Shown here: piece after piece, positions 61,887-64,000 of the stretch
Layout of the letters: each line of letters opens with the position of its first letter
How positions within the stretch are numbered: the first letter of the stretch is position 1
Source: Methanomassiliicoccaceae archaeon
GTDB taxonomy: Archaea > Thermoplasmatota > Thermoplasmata > Methanomassiliicoccales > Methanomassiliicoccaceae
Assembly (NCBI GenBank): GCA_040776945.1
Contig: JAXGZN010000002.1
Span: forward strand, 192,001 to 256,000
Reading direction: 5' to 3'
DNA length: 64,000 bases
The notes under the pieces: generated by a model
The model's input: only the letters and a program-made list of their open reading frames with translations
Database searches by the model: none
What the model was told of the DNA's origin: nothing
Program-made: the position numbers and the translations under genes

Positions 61887-62084
61887 TTGGCTATCATACC
61901 TCCCCTCGGGCTGGGGCCGTCCTTTCTGGCCCCGGCGATGGCAGTGGTCCTCGCCTGCCTGTTGGGAGTGATCATGCTCGATCGCATCTCCAAAGGGGAC
62001 GTGAGGAAGCTGGTCCCGGTGGGCTTCTGCCTCCTCTCTCTCATGATCGTCCTGTGGGCGCTGGCGTTATGGAACGTCCTGTGA
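61887..62084 (+). CDS. Small two-TM membrane protein
   Basis: TTG start; two hydrophobic helices; TGA overlaps the next ATG. Confidence 0.5.
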   Translation: MAIIPPLGLGPSFLAPAMAVVLACLLGVIMLDRISKGDVRKLVPVGFCLLSLMIVLWALALWNVL

Positions 62085-62893
62085 TGATATACCAGAGAGC
62101 AAAGGCCCAGAAGGTCCAGCGCGAGCTGCGATGGCCTTTGCTGGGCACGGTGACCGCTCCCCTGGTCCTCGGCTGCTCTGCCGTTTATATGTACCGCCTC
62201 TCCGGCTCCGGGACGGCGGTGGCGATGTCCCTTTCCTTCCTGACCATCGGCCTCCTTGCCTGCACCGCCCTGATCCTCATGCACCAAAGGGAGGAGGTCT
62301 CGCTCTATGCCGCGGGCGTCGCGTTGGTGTTCGCAGCGGCCTTCCTGGCCGTCCTGCTTCCTGGCACTGGGAGCGTGTACGTGGACGCGGCGATGATGGT
62401 GGTCACGGCAGGAGGGGCGGCGGTACTGTTCCTCCGCAGGGTGGAGATGCCGGAGCTGGGCGAAAGGCTGCTGCGCGAAAGCTCCGTCCTCGTGGTCCTT
62501 GCCCTGCCCGTCGGCCTTGCGACGGCAGAGGCGCTGTTCCTGGGGCTGCGTTTCTGGGAGAGCTTCCACATGTCGCCGTCCACCGTGTTCCTGGTCCCCC
62601 TCATGGCCGCGTGGGGCTTCATCGAGGAAGGCCTCTTCCGGGGCGTTCTCCTCCGCTCTTCGGTCCCTCTGCTGGGGAAGAGCGGAGCGCTCGTGCTGTC
62701 GTCCTTCCTGTACGCCTCGTTCATGCTCCTGTGGGGCTCCTTGCCGTTCGCGATGTTCTCGTTCTTCTTCGGCCTGCTGCTGGGGTACATATACCTGAGA
62801 TCGCGTAGCCTTATGTACGTGGGGACAATTCACGCGCTCACCGATACCTGGATGGTAATAGCGTTCCTTGTGCTGGGCGTCGGAGCGAATTAA
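62084..62893 (+). CDS. CPBP (CAAX/Abi) family intramembrane protease
   Basis: EEGLFRG, GLLLGYIY..SRSL and IHALTD. Confidence 0.8.
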   Translation: MIYQRAKAQKVQRELRWPLLGTVTAPLVLGCSAVYMYRLSGSGTAVAMSLSFLTIGLLACTALILMHQREEVSLYAAGVALVFAAAFLAVLLPGTGSVYVDAAMMVVTAGGAAVLFLRRVEMPELGERLLRESSVLVVLALPVGLATAEALFLGLRFWESFHMSPSTVFLVPLMAAWGFIEEGLFRGVLLRSSVPLLGKSGALVLSSFLYASFMLLWGSLPFAMFSFFFGLLLGYIYLRSRSLMYVGTIHALTDTWMVIAFLVLGVGAN

Positions 62894-62939
62894 TAGTCCG
62901 ATCTTGATGATTCATATCTCCGCAGGGAGGTGGGTACAT

Positions 62940-63899
62940 ATGAGCAAGGGTAAGGAGCGCCTCGGGCAAGGCGACAGGCCAACGGCCACGGTCATCGTGT
63001 GCACCTTCAACCGGATCGACTGGCTGAAGCGTTGCCTCAGCTCGCTGGAGGCGCAGGAGACGCGCCCGGACGAGATAATGGTCGTCGACGGGCCGTCCAC
63101 CGACGGCACCAGGGAGGTGCTGGAGGAGATGGAGCGCGCTGGACGGGTGGTCCTCGTGCGGCAGGCCAAACTGGACGGGATCTCCGCAGCCCGGAACCTG
63201 GGCCTGAGGAGCGCCAAGGGCGATGTGGTATGCTACATCGATGACGACGCCGTCGCCCAGCCCGGATGGCTGTCCTCGCTGCTCCCGCTGTACTCCGACC
63301 CCAAGGTCGGCGGTGCGGGCGGCCCGGTGATGGACATGGACGGAAGGCTGACCATGGGCAAGAACGCGGTGTCCCCCGACGGGAGATGGTTCGATGAATC
63401 CTTGGGGGAGAGCACCGAGGGCCTTCACCAGGTCATGGTCGGCTGCAATATGTCCTTCCGCCGCGAGGCCTTGCTGCAGGCCGGCGGCTTCGATCCCTAC
63501 TTCCGCTATCATCAGGACGAGACCGACGCCTGCCTGAGCGTGCTTGGCGCGGGATACAGCATCCTGTACCACGAAGGCGCGGTGGTCTGGCACGAGTGGT
63601 GCGAGGGCTCGTACCGCCAGGACCGCGTCAAGTGGTATCTGCGCCTGAGGTACATGTGGGGCCGCAACACCGCCTACATGGTGAGGAAGCATTTCAGCGA
63701 CCAGGTGGGCCTGATGAGGTATCTGGGGGTGCAGGTGCAGGGCTTTATGCGGCGCCGGGCCCCCGGGAAAACGGCGGCGCCGACGGAGGAGCGAAAGGAG
63801 GAAGGCCCCATGCCTCCGTTCTTCGTGATCGTCGGCATGTTCTCCGAGTTCATGGGCATCTTCCGCGGATGGCGGGACGGCGCCCGAGCTCGCCGATGA
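62940..63899 (+). CDS. GT2 glycosyltransferase
   Basis: CTFNR, VDGPSTDGT, ARNLG, IDDD, GCNMSFRR and DETD. Confidence 0.88.
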   Translation: MSKGKERLGQGDRPTATVIVCTFNRIDWLKRCLSSLEAQETRPDEIMVVDGPSTDGTREVLEEMERAGRVVLVRQAKLDGISAARNLGLRSAKGDVVCYIDDDAVAQPGWLSSLLPLYSDPKVGGAGGPVMDMDGRLTMGKNAVSPDGRWFDESLGESTEGLHQVMVGCNMSFRREALLQAGGFDPYFRYHQDETDACLSVLGAGYSILYHEGAVVWHEWCEGSYRQDRVKWYLRLRYMWGRNTAYMVRKHFSDQVGLMRYLGVQVQGFMRRRAPGKTAAPTEERKEEGPMPPFFVIVGMFSEFMGIFRGWRDGARARR

Positions 63900-64000
63900 T
63901 GCGGAGAATGAAAAATAGGTGTTGGGGAAGAGGTTTTCCAGACCTTCGAAGGCCTACTGGAAGCTGACGGTCGCTTCTGCGGGGACAGTGCCCGATATCG

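Noticed and set aside
61879-61975. Amber read-through fusing DUF1616 to downstream genes
   Set aside because: The read-through frame meets TGA soon after and looks non-coding
63954-64000. 3' end of a minus-strand gene (ISGTVPAEATVSFQ-stop)
   Set aside because: Too short at the window edge to support a call

Overview
GC-rich archaeal chromosomal window. It most resembles a Thermoplasmatota methanogen (Methanomassiliicoccales-like); this assignment is inferred from gene content and was not tested by a search. Core genes: aconitase-type dehydratase subunits, a beta-decarboxylating dehydrogenase, tRNA-Pro(CGG), the HTH/HMG-CoA synthase/thiolase/DUF35 operon, cgi121, thrBC, hel308, lonB, nadM-cinA and two RAD55/KaiC-like ATPases. 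Accessory blocks: zinc-ribbon proteins, a CopB-type ATPase and assorted hydrolases (4-17 kb); a 1405-aa helical-repeat protein; a CooC-like ATPase/ABC transporter/methyltransferase operon; and a ~20-kb cell-surface locus (43.8-64 kb). The surface locus is the most unusual part. It has paired palindromic sites and a long leader that folds into a G.U-rich hairpin capped by GAAA. It then encodes a 1716-aa Ig-repeat adhesin with an exact 342-bp duplication, a Cys-enriched membrane-proximal stalk and an xKTG-TM tail, followed by a glycosyltransferase cluster with a B12 radical SAM enzyme, a GNAT, DUF1616 and a CPBP protease. No CRISPR array, rRNA, integrase or intact IS was seen. All family assignments come from motif recognition by eye.
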